Counted from the stretch's first letter, positions 9,997-21,877 are shown. The stretch: 64,000 nt of DNA from Patescibacteria group bacterium (GCA_041742135.1 JBGSJG010000004.1:364758-428757), one strand, 5' to 3'. Program-made: numbers and translations. The notes: generated from the letters alone by a model not told the origin.

Positions 9997-10663
9997 CTGA
10001 AAGCGCGGCTAGGGCTTTTTGAGAACACACAGGCCAAGCGTTGTAGCCATCTCTGCCCATTTTAAACGCAGCAGTTTTAATAGCTTCCTCAGCATCGAAC
10101 ATTAAAGCTGGGCTTTCATCCTCGCCCATGGCTCGTCTGTTTGATTGCCAGGTAGATGTAACAAACTGGAACATGCCTTTGTACGCCCCAGAAGGAGAAA
10201 TCGCGTTTTCGTTAAAGCCACTTTCACAGCGGGCAATGGCAATCATCATATCAGCTTCAGCTCCGTACTGTGCGGCATATTTGTTGATAAGGCCAACAAT
10301 ATCTACATTGTCCTCGCTTTTTTCAACTTGAGGTGGCAATGCGCGATTGATCGTATCAATAAAGACTTCGTTGTGATCTTGGGCGCTAGCCACTCTTTGC
10401 TCGGTTTTTACCTCATTTACATCAGGCTCGGGATTAGCTTCGGCGATTTGAGGCTCCTCTGGAGAGGTTTTGAGTTCACGCTCCAAAAGCTCAGTTGAGC
10501 TTGGATAGTCAATCACTATTGCGGCTAATTGAGGCTGCAAAGTCACTTTGAGGCCAAGATTGGGTTTTTGCAGCAAAAGCCCTGCTGTTGCCGTAAGAAG
10601 TACAGCGGCCAGGACAGGATTTGTAAGTTTGTTTTGTAACATTTGACCCGTATAAACGGGCAA
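9989..10663 (-). CDS. secreted Rpf-like transglycosylase-domain protein
   Basis: Signal peptide, an acidic linker, then IARCESGFNENAISPSGAYKGMFQFVTSTWQ. This matches the transglycosylase-like (Rpf family) core CESG...GA.GLFQF..STW. Confidence 0.6.
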   Translation of the reverse strand: MPVYTGQMLQNKLTNPVLAAVLLTATAGLLLQKPNLGLKVTLQPQLAAIVIDYPSSTELLERELKTSPEEPQIAEANPEPDVNEVKTEQRVASAQDHNEVFIDTINRALPPQVEKSEDNVDIVGLINKYAAQYGAEADMMIAIARCESGFNENAISPSGAYKGMFQFVTSTWQSNRRAMGEDESPALMFDAEEAIKTAAFKMGRDGYNAWPVCSQKALAALSVN

Positions 10664-10696
10664 AAATCCAGAACGTGTGTAGTATAGCTTAAATGA

Positions 10697-11455
10697 TCAA
10701 AAAAGCAAATTTTCAAGGTTGAGGTAGTCGATTATCGCTTTTGAAATTGCATTGGCAGCTACTTCTGGCGTGTTGATTAGAAGTCTTTGGTCGCTCCTGT
10801 TTGTCAGAAAGCCCGTTTCTGCAATCACCGACGTTGTCATCGGATGAACCGCATGTTCATATCGCCACCAAGAAAAAGTATAATAACCACGCATGTTGCG
10901 TGTGATATTTTCATCACGGGCAAGGCCAGTTGCCACTTCATACTCTTCTTCAAGAATTGACACTAAAGTTTTGGATTTTCCAGTTAGATCCCGCCAAGGA
11001 CCTGCAAATTTGTATCCTGATTTTAAGCTGTCCAAGCTCCCGTCAGCATGAATTGCGATAAAAACATCAGCCCAGTATCTTGGAGGAACAGTTGCCGGTA
11101 ATATGTCTACTGAAACACCGGCACTTTCAAGCGTGCGGCCTATGCGCGTTGCAATATCATGATTTACTTCCCATTCCCATTTTCCGCCTCCGCTTGAGCC
11201 TGTGTTGTTTCTAAGTTTAACAAGCTCTTCTGGCAGCTCGCTACTATTCCAATGCCCCACTTGGATACCAACTTTGGGTGGCCCATCTGGCCGCACCCAA
11301 TTGCGAGCAATTTCAAAAGGCGTAACTGGAACATCTTCCTCCGGCTCACCGTAAGGTGGAGCACCGCTAATGTTTGCTTCGTTCGGTCGAGAAAAGAAAA
11401 ACACACCAAGAACTCCAAATACCAAGATGAGAACGAGCGTAATATTTTTAAGCAC
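10697..11455 (-). CDS. N-acetylmuramoyl-L-alanine amidase (Amidase_3 family)
   Basis: N-terminal transmembrane/signal segment, DVFIAIHADGS (the IHAD motif) and a downstream ETGFLTN motif. Confidence 0.6.
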   Translation of the reverse strand: MLKNITLVLILVFGVLGVFFFSRPNEANISGAPPYGEPEEDVPVTPFEIARNWVRPDGPPKVGIQVGHWNSSELPEELVKLRNNTGSSGGGKWEWEVNHDIATRIGRTLESAGVSVDILPATVPPRYWADVFIAIHADGSLDSLKSGYKFAGPWRDLTGKSKTLVSILEEEYEVATGLARDENITRNMRGYYTFSWWRYEHAVHPMTTSVIAETGFLTNRSDQRLLINTPEVAANAISKAIIDYLNLENLLF

Positions 11456-11496
11456 GAAAATAAATTTTATAAGAGATACCTGAGGGAAAGCTTAAA

Positions 11497-12138
11497 TTAG
11501 CAACCAAGTGCTGATCTGCACTGTGCTTGGGATTCTTCTGGAAGCGAATCGCAAATCCCGCATGTGTTAGTGTCACCTGAGCCTGATTCTGTTGATTCTT
11601 CCATGTTCATATTAAACATTGCCGAAAAATCATTAAATTCGATGTCTGGAAGGTCGAACTTGGAATTATCAACATTCCAGCCTGTGCACTCGTAATCAAC
11701 CTTTTGATTTAGGTCAACCGACTGAGTTTCGCCTGACATGTTATCTTCTGGCTCTCCAGCTTCGATAATTGACATTTTAAGGCCAGTGTCTAAGCCGTCT
11801 GTCCACATATATAAATTCTCAGTGTCGGAAATCATGTGAGACGAGATGGTCTGGCCTTCTGCAGTTACTTCAAAATCACCCCGGACTTTTCCCCCACTTA
11901 CGAAAATCTCGCCGCTGCTACCTGTTTCCGTGTCACTAAATGTACAACGTTGGTTATTGGCCAGTGCCATCAATTCACGAAGAGATGACTTGCCGTCTCC
12001 GTTTGAGCCTTCAAGAGCATTTTCCACTTTGTCTGAGGCCATATTGTTACTCGCTGGTTTGGCTTGGGTTAAAACAAAACCAATAACCGCTATTGCAGCA
12101 ACAACTACGACAATGGCGCCGATTAAAACTTTGCTCAT
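11497..12138 (-). CDS. secreted hypothetical protein with Cys-rich C-terminus
   Basis: N-terminal transmembrane/signal segment, an acidic sequence and a C-terminal TNTCGICDSLPEESQAQCRSALGC. No motif recognised. Confidence 0.4.
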   Translation of the reverse strand: MSKVLIGAIVVVVAAIAVIGFVLTQAKPASNNMASDKVENALEGSNGDGKSSLRELMALANNQRCTFSDTETGSSGEIFVSGGKVRGDFEVTAEGQTISSHMISDTENLYMWTDGLDTGLKMSIIEAGEPEDNMSGETQSVDLNQKVDYECTGWNVDNSKFDLPDIEFNDFSAMFNMNMEESTESGSGDTNTCGICDSLPEESQAQCRSALGC

Positions 12139-12206
12139 GGCTTATTATATTAAGTTTTCAATCAATAGCAACAGCAAAATTAAGCAGACTTGTGTTACCA
12201 TGGCTT

Positions 12207-12944
12207 ATGGATAGCACTAAAAAACGAGTAAATATTCCCTCGTACAAAACTGACAACCCTGTCTTGACCGTTGACGAGCTGCATGAGGTTTCTTGCCAAC
12301 TTCCCCAGGATGATGGAAGGCTTAACTTAATTACGGAAGAATTCAGGCGTGGGTTGGCGTTTATTAAAAGATACCCACGAGCTATTAGTTTTTATGGCTC
12401 CGCCAGACTTGATTCTGAGCACCCCGCATATAAAAAGGCGTACGACCTCGCTTTTCGCATTTCCAAAGAGCTTGGTTATTCTATTGTTACTGGAGGCGGC
12501 CCGGGGATTATGGAGGCGGCCAATAAGGGAGCTTTTGATGCTGGCGGAGATTCACTGGGTCTTAACATCGAATTGCCTCGGGAACAAATTGTAAATCCTT
12601 ATGTTAAGGACTCAGAAGAGTTTTATTACTTTTTCTCGCGCAAAGTTGCACTGTCATTTTCAGCAAACGCATACATTATTTTCCCTGGGGGCTTTGGCAC
12701 TCTTGATGAGTTTTCTGAAATTCTCGAGCTTCTTCAAACTAAGAAAATTCCTCCAGTTCCGCTTGTATTGGTCGACAGCCAGTTTTGGCGCCCGTTAGAT
12801 ATGTATTTTAAAAATACTTTTTATGGTGACTATAAGACTATAAATCTAGAAGACACCGAGCTTTACAAAATTACGGACGATGACGAAGAAATTATGGAAA
12901 TAATTAAAAACGCTCCCAAAAAACAACTCGAACCACGCTATTAA
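12207..12944 (+). CDS. LOG family protein (cytokinin riboside 5'-monophosphate phosphoribohydrolase-like)
   Basis: ISFYGSARL...TGGGPGIMEAANKGA...IIFPGGFGTLDEF, the hallmark LOG/TIGR00730 motifs. The track ORF starts at 12093 and overlaps the convergent gene, so the in-frame ATG at 12207 was chosen. Confidence 0.7.
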   Translation: MDSTKKRVNIPSYKTDNPVLTVDELHEVSCQLPQDDGRLNLITEEFRRGLAFIKRYPRAISFYGSARLDSEHPAYKKAYDLAFRISKELGYSIVTGGGPGIMEAANKGAFDAGGDSLGLNIELPREQIVNPYVKDSEEFYYFFSRKVALSFSANAYIIFPGGFGTLDEFSEILELLQTKKIPPVPLVLVDSQFWRPLDMYFKNTFYGDYKTINLEDTELYKITDDDEEIMEIIKNAPKKQLEPRY

Positions 12945-12954
12945 GGTATAATTA

Positions 12955-13722
12955 GTGATGAGAAAGTTCATGTTTCTGGCTTTAATTCTTGTTTTGGCTG
13001 CAGTAGTAATATCTCGGCTTTCAAATCAAAACAAGCGAGTTTTGGGAGATGAAGTAGTCAACACAAAGTCTCCCTCTTTGGTGGTCAATAAAACCTTACT
13101 TCCCTACCAAGAAGGGGCCCTCACGGCACATTGGGCGGAAGTTGAACCAGACAATGTGATTCTCTTGCCAAATTTTGACGAAAGACTGGCGGCAAGCGAG
13201 CTACTCACCAAGAACGATTGCGAGCTTTTAATCAATGGCGGGTTTTACTCAAAACAAAACGAGCCAATCGGACTTTTTGTCCATGAAAAAAATAAACTGT
13301 CTCCTTATGTTAGTAACCAACTTTTTGATGGGATTTTAAGCGTTAACGATTTTGGTGTGGCAAGAATACTTAGAAATAATGAAGAAGACGCGCGCTTTGC
13401 ACTTCAAAGCGGTCCGATACTCAAAGAAAACGGAGTATGTCAAAGCATAAGTTTGGTTCGTGATGAGCCAGCCAGAAGATCAGTTGCCGCGGTTAGTGCG
13501 GACAACAAATTAATTTTTGTCATTTTCTATAATCCTGATTCAGTGTTTTTGGGACCTTGGCTTTCAGATTTGCCTGAAGTTCTCAAGAGTTTTGAAGAAG
13601 CTGCGGATATAGCGTTGGCTGATGCAGTTAATTTGGATGGAGGCGCTGCTTCTGCTTTTTACACTCAAGGGGTGGGAGTTTCTGAAATCTCTCCGATTGG
13701 TAGCTTCTTTTGCGCTAAGTAA
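12955..13722 (+). CDS. secreted protein, possibly phosphodiester glycosidase-like (DUF2233)
   Basis: Signal peptide and an LINGGFYSKQNEPIGLFVHE motif resembling the NAGPA/DUF2233 family. The match is weak. Confidence 0.35.
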   Translation: MMRKFMFLALILVLAAVVISRLSNQNKRVLGDEVVNTKSPSLVVNKTLLPYQEGALTAHWAEVEPDNVILLPNFDERLAASELLTKNDCELLINGGFYSKQNEPIGLFVHEKNKLSPYVSNQLFDGILSVNDFGVARILRNNEEDARFALQSGPILKENGVCQSISLVRDEPARRSVAAVSADNKLIFVIFYNPDSVFLGPWLSDLPEVLKSFEEAADIALADAVNLDGGAASAFYTQGVGVSEISPIGSFFCAK

Positions 13723-14331
13723 TATCTTTTAATAAAAAACTCTCTCCGTGTCCTGGGTAAACAATCGTATCGGAGGGAAGCTTGAGAATTTTTTGAATTG
13801 ATTTTCCCAAGTCTTTGACACTTGAATATACATGGCTAGTTCTGCCCGTACTTCCATCTGCAAAAATCACATCGCCAACAAACAACTTGTCATTTGCCAA
13901 AACACTTACGCTTCCCGGAGTGTGGCCGGGAGTGCTTATAATTTTCAATTTACAGTTTTCCCTGCCTGCGCAGGCAGGAATTTTTAATTCAGAATCCGGG
14001 CGAAGATCAAAATCTATCTTAGGAGGTGGGCCCGGATCAAAACCAGCAAAGTGCTTCGTGCTTGCTCGCATGCGAGAAAGCAAAAACTCGTCTTTTTTGT
14101 TCATATAAAAAGGAATGCCAAACGCAAGCTTAAGCTCAAGTGCGGCAAGAATGTGGTCAAAATGTCCGTGGGTAGCCAGGATTGCCTGAGGTTTTAGATC
14201 CATATCAAGGATCTTTTGAATTATGAACTCCCCGTCGTCACCCGGATCAACAATCACACAGTTGTTTGAGTTGTCTTGTAGTAAATAACAGTTGGAGCTC
14301 ATTTGGCCCACTGCCAAAGTGGTAACCTGCA

Positions 14332-14332
<1 letters not shown>
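13715..14332 (-). CDS. MBL-fold metallo-hydrolase (glyoxalase II-like)
   Basis: VIVDPGDD...ILATHGHFDHILAA (HxHxDH) and a C-terminal ...TPGHTPGS. Confidence 0.65.
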
Positions 14333-16320
<1,988 letters not shown>

Positions 16321-16325
16321 TTACT

Positions 16326-16577
16326 TCAAGGAAACTTGCCAGTTGCGGCTTTATTGGATGCTTCGGACAGCAGCATTCTAAACAAAATAAAAAAGGTAAT
16401 TACCAGTATTAACAATATAGGCCAGACAATTGAAGCCCAAATTAGGTAAAATTCCAAATTTGTAGCCATCCCGAGTTCAAGTTGTATTGATATGTTGGCA
16501 AGAAAGCTAATAGCTATGCCCGTAAGTAAGGATGATAATAAAAGTGACCAAAAGGCTGGCAGTATTTTATTATGCAT
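16326..16577 (-). CDS. hypothetical small membrane protein (83 aa)
   Basis: ORF track entry with two or three transmembrane helices. Confidence 0.35.
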   Translation of the reverse strand: MHNKILPAFWSLLLSSLLTGIAISFLANISIQLELGMATNLEFYLIWASIVWPILLILVITFFILFRMLLSEASNKAATGKFP

Positions 16578-17166
16578 TGCTTATTGCTAGAATTAATCGT
16601 GTAAGTTGGAGTGTCGAATTTGCGTTTTTGTTAAGTCGACTTAACGCCTCATCGGCTTCAGCGAGAAGTTTTGCGTTTTCAGGGTGGGTAGCCAGATCTT
16701 TGTGGATTTGAGTTATCAAACTTTTGAGAAATGCCACGGCGTCTTCTCTCTTGTTTAGACTTGAGATAATTTTTAATTTTTCACTTTGGTTTGCCTCAAC
16801 AAAGTTGCCTATCAAGCTCGCATCAGGAGTGTCACTACTGTCGTTAAGCCGGATTAGCTGACACCGTGAGGAAATCGTGGGTAAAACGCTCTCTTCGTTT
16901 TTAACATGCAGTACAAAGGAAAGGTTTTTTTGAGGCTCTTCAAGCCTTTTTAAGAATGAGTTTTGAGCTTCAATCGACGCATTTTCAAAATGCTCTAAGA
17001 CGTAGCAAGTTTTTGCAGGAACCGAAGTGTTCGTTATTTTAATAAGCTGCCTAGTGTCGTCGATCTTTTCGATTTTATAAGGCAAAATCCACTTGGCACC
17101 AGTGAGTTCTTGAGCCTTTTGCAACACAGGATCAAAGTCTCGCGACACTACGATAAATGCATGCAT
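16570..17166 (-). CDS. holB: short DNA polymerase III delta-prime-like protein (198 aa)
   Basis: NSFLKRLEEPQKNLSFVLHVKNEESVLPTISSRCQLIRL matches the delta-prime box (NALLKTLEEPP...LPTIxSRCQ). It is much shorter than canonical HolB. Confidence 0.5.
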   Translation of the reverse strand: MHAFIVVSRDFDPVLQKAQELTGAKWILPYKIEKIDDTRQLIKITNTSVPAKTCYVLEHFENASIEAQNSFLKRLEEPQKNLSFVLHVKNEESVLPTISSRCQLIRLNDSSDTPDASLIGNFVEANQSEKLKIISSLNKREDAVAFLKSLITQIHKDLATHPENAKLLAEADEALSRLNKNANSTLQLTRLILAISNA

Positions 17167-18913
17167 GGTCTATGTTATCATGAAGTGTATGCCTGCCCAG
17201 CAAAATCAGCCTCAGAATAATTCCGTAGTAGACATCTTGGTTTCCCAGGGAGACTTGTCAGCTGAGCGAGCTGAACAGGTAAAGTTTGCCGAAGTTCAAA
17301 CAGGTAAGCCCCTGGAAGATATCTTGCGTGAGCAAAAAATTGTTCCAGAAAGCGCTCTGGCCAAAGCCAAAGCTACTTTTTACAACGTACCATTTATTGA
17401 TCTTGAGAACACTCCAGTAAACCCTGCGGCATTGTCGATAATATCTCAAGAGATAGCTAAAAAGTTTCGAGTATTTCCTCTAAATGCTGACGCTTCACGC
17501 AAAGAGCTTTCGCTTGCTATGGCAGATCCTTTGGATTTGACTGCAATCGAATTTATTGAACAAAAATCCGGTTACCACGTACGCCCGTTGGCGGCAGTGC
17601 CTGATGCAATCGATGAGTTTGTGGCCAAAAGATATTCAACCACGCTTTCTCAAGAAGTTACTGCTGCCTTAAAAGAGGTCTCGGGCCAGGGCGAGGTGCG
17701 GGTTTTGGATGCAAGGATGCAGCAAGGAGGCTTGATTCGCCAGGAGAGAATTTCTGAAGTAGTAACGCATATTTTGGACTTTGCAGTTCGGGCGCGCGCT
17801 TCTGATATTCACATCGAGCCTTTGGAGCGCTCCACTCGCGTTCGCTATAGAATTGATGGAATTCTTCAAGAAAAACTAACTATTCCACACGAGTTGCATG
17901 ATTCTTTGGTTTCAAGAATCAAGATCTTATCTGGAATGAAGATCGATGAAAAAAGAGTCCCACAAGATGGTCGTTTTAACTTTAAAAACCTTTTGGAGGA
18001 GGTTGATCTTCGTGTGTCAACGCTTCCCACAAGCTGGGGCGAGAAAGTTGTTATGCGACTTCTCAAAAAAACCGGTGGTGTTCCCGAGCTCCCCGAGCTT
18101 GGGCTTCGAGGGCGCGCGCTTAAAAATTTGGAAGACTCGATTCTTCGACCGCACGGAATCATCACAATCTGCGGACCGACAGGCTCAGGAAAAACTACTA
18201 CTTTATATTCGATTATCCAAAAGCTTAATACTCCAAAAGTGAATATTATGACTTTGGAGGATCCGGTTGAGTATCGCATTGACGGCGTAAACCAAGTTCA
18301 AGTAAACGCTCAAGTGGGTTTAACTTTTGCTTCAGGTCTTCGGTCGTTTTTAAGGCAGGACCCCAACATTATTCTTGTTGGTGAAATTCGTGATCGAGAA
18401 ACTGCTGAACTTGCTGTTCAGGCTTCGCTGACGGGGCATTTGGTGTTTGCAACGCTTCACACCAACGACGCTGCAGGTGCGCTTCCTAGGCTTTTAGACA
18501 TGGGTGCCGAGCCATTTCTTCTCGCCAGCTCAATGACAGCAATTGTGGCTCAGCGCGTGCTTCGAAAAATTGATGATCGGTTTAAAGAAGCATACGACCC
18601 AGACCCAAAAATCTTGGAAGAAATGCGTGTCGTTTTGGGGCCACTCTTTCCTGCGACGGGGCAAATCAAGTTTTACCGCGGCAGGCCGGCTCCAGAAAAC
18701 AACAACTCGGGGTATCATGGCCGAGTGGGAATTTTTGAAGTGATATCTGTAACGGAAAGCATCGCGTCTTTGATTCTAAAAAGAAGCCCAGCAAGCGAAA
18801 TCGAAGCTGTCGCTAAAAAGGAAGGCATGATTAGCCTGAAACAAGACGGTTACCTTAAGGTTTTGGAAGGGCTTACTACTATTGAAGAAGTGTTGCGAGT
18901 CGCTCAGGAATAA
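17165..18913 (+). CDS. pilB: type IV pilus assembly ATPase PilB (GspE family)
   Basis: N-terminal GSPII_E_N-like region, Walker A GPTGSGKTTT, Asp/His boxes and a C-terminal domain. The start codon overlaps the divergent holB-like start, so the true start may be one of the downstream Met codons at 17180 or 17189. Confidence 0.85.
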   Translation: MVYVIMKCMPAQQNQPQNNSVVDILVSQGDLSAERAEQVKFAEVQTGKPLEDILREQKIVPESALAKAKATFYNVPFIDLENTPVNPAALSIISQEIAKKFRVFPLNADASRKELSLAMADPLDLTAIEFIEQKSGYHVRPLAAVPDAIDEFVAKRYSTTLSQEVTAALKEVSGQGEVRVLDARMQQGGLIRQERISEVVTHILDFAVRARASDIHIEPLERSTRVRYRIDGILQEKLTIPHELHDSLVSRIKILSGMKIDEKRVPQDGRFNFKNLLEEVDLRVSTLPTSWGEKVVMRLLKKTGGVPELPELGLRGRALKNLEDSILRPHGIITICGPTGSGKTTTLYSIIQKLNTPKVNIMTLEDPVEYRIDGVNQVQVNAQVGLTFASGLRSFLRQDPNIILVGEIRDRETAELAVQASLTGHLVFATLHTNDAAGALPRLLDMGAEPFLLASSMTAIVAQRVLRKIDDRFKEAYDPDPKILEEMRVVLGPLFPATGQIKFYRGRPAPENNNSGYHGRVGIFEVISVTESIASLILKRSPASEIEAVAKKEGMISLKQDGYLKVLEGLTTIEEVLRVAQE

Positions 18914-18927
18914 TACATACTGAAAGC

Positions 18928-19986
18928 ATGGAACTAAATCAAATGTTGGACTTGGTTATTGCGCGAAATGCGTCTGATTTGCATTTGATTGCGGGCGTGC
19001 CGCCGACCTTACGTATTGATGGTGAACTTGTACCGATTCCCTCAGAAGCCCCGTTAAGTCCTGAAAAAATCGAGAAACTTTTGCGCTCTACCCTGACCGC
19101 TGAGCAAGCAGAGCAATTGATTGTAAACAAAGAATTGGATTTCTCGCTTTCTTTTTCAGAGCGTGCTCGTTTTCGTGTCAATGCGTATACTCAAAAGCAG
19201 TCCTTGGCTGCAGCTTTTAGATCTATTCCTTTGGAGATTCCTACAATTGATTCCTTGGGCCTTCCCCCTTCGATTCATCAGTTCACCTCTCTCAAGCAGG
19301 GTTTGGTTTTGATAACTGGTCCTACAGGTCACGGTAAATCCACAACTTTGGCGGCAATTCTTGATGAAATAAATGCGAACTTCACGCAGCACATAGTGAC
19401 AATTGAGGATCCGATAGAATTTGTGATCCGCCCAAAGCGCTCGATTATTTCTCAGCGAGAGATGAATAATGATACGCACTCGTGGTCAGTGGCTTTGCGA
19501 TCTGTTCTTCGTGAAGATCCGGATGTGGTTCTTGTAGGTGAAATGCGAGATTACGAAACTATCGCGGCGGCCCTAACTGTCGCTGAAACTGGCCATTTGG
19601 TTTTTGCAACACTGCATACAAACTCCGCGAGCCAAACGGTGGATCGTATTGTGGACGTCTTCCCTAGCGAACAACAGGATCAGGTAAAACTGCAGTTTTC
19701 AAATGTATTGGAAGCTGTTGTCTCTCAGCGCTTAATCCCTGCAATTAGCGGAGGCCGGCTTGTGGCTCATGAGCTTATGATGTCTACTACCGCGATTAAG
19801 ACCGCAATCCGAGAAGGCAAGACTCACCAGATTGACTCAATCATTCAAACTTCTTCCGAGACAGGAATGAATACATTAGAAGCCTCGCTCGCGATTTTGG
19901 TCCGTGACGGCAAGATTACCATGGAAACTGCAAAGACTTATGCCGTGCGACCTGAACAGCTGGCTCGAATGGTTCATAGAGAGTAG
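18928..19986 (+). CDS. pilT: twitching motility ATPase PilT
   Basis: MELNQMLDLVIARNASDLHLIAGVPPTLRIDGEL, GPTGHGKSTT and VLVGEMRDYETI. About 350 aa, as is typical of PilT. Confidence 0.85.
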   Translation: MELNQMLDLVIARNASDLHLIAGVPPTLRIDGELVPIPSEAPLSPEKIEKLLRSTLTAEQAEQLIVNKELDFSLSFSERARFRVNAYTQKQSLAAAFRSIPLEIPTIDSLGLPPSIHQFTSLKQGLVLITGPTGHGKSTTLAAILDEINANFTQHIVTIEDPIEFVIRPKRSIISQREMNNDTHSWSVALRSVLREDPDVVLVGEMRDYETIAAALTVAETGHLVFATLHTNSASQTVDRIVDVFPSEQQDQVKLQFSNVLEAVVSQRLIPAISGGRLVAHELMMSTTAIKTAIREGKTHQIDSIIQTSSETGMNTLEASLAILVRDGKITMETAKTYAVRPEQLARMVHRE

Positions 19987-19995
19987 CTTCAACTT

Positions 19996-21198
19996 ATGAA
20001 AAAATACAGATATACTGCCCGAGACAGGAACGGAAAGTCGGTTACAGGTGAGGTGGAGGCTTCAACAGAACAAGTCGCCGCGAGGTTAATACGGGAGCGT
20101 GGCTACATCTTAATAAAGTTAAAATTAAGCGGTGGCTTTTTTGGATTGGGCGCAAAACTTAAAGGCCACGTTTCAGGCAAAGACGTATCCGCCTTTACGA
20201 GGCAGCTGGCAACTATGATAAATGCCGGCCTTCCCGTAACTGAGTCTCTTCAGATATTGCGTCTTCAGTCTACCGCTGGCTTAAAAGAAGTATCCACGCA
20301 AATATTGGCAGATGTTGAGTCTGGTGAAAGTCTATCCAAGGCTTTTGAAAAACACCCAAAGGTATTTTCGAGTACCTATATAGCTTTGGTTCGAGCTGGT
20401 GAGGCAGGAGGAGTTTTGGACAAGGTGCTCAATCGCTTAGCGGATGACTTGGAAAAATCTCAGGAGTTTCGAGGCCGTGTCAAAGGCGCCATGATTTACC
20501 CTGCTATTATCGTGATCGGAATGGTTGCAGTTTCTTTGATTATGGTGGTTTTTATAATGCCGCGCTTGACGGATCTTTATTCACAATTTGGCGCAGAGCT
20601 TCCCATAACGACTCGAATGCTGACCGGCTTTAGTGGCTTCCTTATTAATTTTTGGTACATAGTACTGGTACTGCTTGCTATCGCTTTTTTTGGCTTTCAG
20701 GCTTATGCAAAGACACCCAAGGGTAAGCATAAAATTGCAGAGATCATGTTTAAAATTCCAATTGTTGGACCGCTGCAGAAGGAAGTTATCTTAACCGAGC
20801 TTACACGAACACTTGCCTTGATGGTTGGCTCGGGTGTGGCAATTCTTGATGGGCTTGGTATTACTTCTCGCGTGGTGGGGAACGTAATAATTTCCGACGC
20901 CTTGGTAGGAGCGGCCAAAAATGTGGAAAAAGGTTTTCCAATTTCTTACTCGTTCGCGCAGTACCCCGATGCATTTCCTTATATTTTGGCTCAAATGGTT
21001 GCTGTCGGCGAGGAGACGGGAAAGATGGAAGAAGTCTTGGTAAAAGTCTCGCATGTTTTTGAAGTGGATAGTGAGCAGAAAGTTAAAGCCTTAACAGCAG
21101 CTATTGAGCCTATCATTATGATTGTTTTGGGTATTGGAGTGGCGTTTTTGGTGGTTTCGGTGATACTGCCGATTTATAACTTGACAACATCTATTTAA
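19996..21198 (+). CDS. pilC: type IV pilus platform protein PilC (GspF family)
   Basis: 400 aa with two GspF repeats and three transmembrane segments (LADDLEKSQEFRGRVKGAMIYPA...). Confidence 0.85.
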   Translation: MKKYRYTARDRNGKSVTGEVEASTEQVAARLIRERGYILIKLKLSGGFFGLGAKLKGHVSGKDVSAFTRQLATMINAGLPVTESLQILRLQSTAGLKEVSTQILADVESGESLSKAFEKHPKVFSSTYIALVRAGEAGGVLDKVLNRLADDLEKSQEFRGRVKGAMIYPAIIVIGMVAVSLIMVVFIMPRLTDLYSQFGAELPITTRMLTGFSGFLINFWYIVLVLLAIAFFGFQAYAKTPKGKHKIAEIMFKIPIVGPLQKEVILTELTRTLALMVGSGVAILDGLGITSRVVGNVIISDALVGAAKNVEKGFPISYSFAQYPDAFPYILAQMVAVGEETGKMEEVLVKVSHVFEVDSEQKVKALTAAIEPIIMIVLGIGVAFLVVSVILPIYNLTTSI

Positions 21199-21240
21199 TA
21201 AGTTGATACTGAAATATATGCGATTGGAGGTGATAACAAT

Positions 21241-21816
21241 ATGACTATTAGAAATAATAAAGGATTTACGCTTGTTGAGCTCTTGATTGTTATCGCCATT
21301 TTGGGCACGCTCGCTGTGGTAGTTCTAATTGCACTTAATCCAGTTCAACAGCTGGCTAGAACTAGAGACGCAGGCCGCCTTTCAACCATTACACAGCTTG
21401 GGCATACAATGCAGGCTTTGGCTACTGGTAGAAATGGTGTCTATCCTACTAACGGTGGAGCAGGCGATTGTGAATATGGAGAAACTTCAGGTGCAGCCTG
21501 GATAGACAACTGTCTGGTGACTGCAGGAGAGCTCAATTCATTGCCGGTGAATCCTTCGTATAGCGCATTGGCGGGCAGTGCATTTCCAGGCTGTGGTGTT
21601 AGCGCTACTGCACAAGGCGACTGGTGTTACAGAAGCACGGCTTCGAGTGCTGCGATTTACACTCGTCCTGAATCAAATAGCAACATAAATATTTGTCCCG
21701 GCGGTAGTACTGCGTGGCTATTGTATTCCACTACTGCGGGTAAAGGTGGTGTTTGGTGTGGTGGTGCCGACCCTGGAGCAGCTATTACAGGAGCTGACAC
21801 AGGTTGGATCGACTAA
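21241..21816 (+). CDS. pilA: type IV pilin, candidate major pilin (prepilin N-terminal methylation motif)
   Basis: NNKGFTLVELLIVIAILGTLAVVVLIAL has Gly at -1, Phe at +1 and Glu at +5. The C-terminus is Cys-containing, and a strong terminator lies immediately downstream. Confidence 0.75.
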   Translation: MTIRNNKGFTLVELLIVIAILGTLAVVVLIALNPVQQLARTRDAGRLSTITQLGHTMQALATGRNGVYPTNGGAGDCEYGETSGAAWIDNCLVTAGELNSLPVNPSYSALAGSAFPGCGVSATAQGDWCYRSTASSAAIYTRPESNSNINICPGGSTAWLLYSTTAGKGGVWCGGADPGAAITGADTGWID

Positions 21817-21829
21817 GGTTCACAGTTTA

Positions 21830-21862
21830 AACGTCCCGATGGAAACACCGGGACGTTTTATT
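21830..21862 (+). terminator. rho-independent terminator after the major pilin gene
   Basis: ACGTCCCG-ATGGAAACAC-CGGGACGT hairpin followed by TTTATTGTTG. Confidence 0.6.
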
Positions 21863-21877
21863 GTTGTAAAATAAGAC

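Noticed and set aside
12349-12798. Track ORFs 12349-12594(+) and 12601-12798(+)
   Set aside because: They lie in alternative frames entirely inside the LOG-family gene, which has strong conserved motifs.
17866-19479. Minus-strand track ORFs inside pilB and pilT (for example 17866-18279 and 19156-19479)
   Set aside because: They are antisense to strongly motif-supported ATPase genes and have no features of their own.
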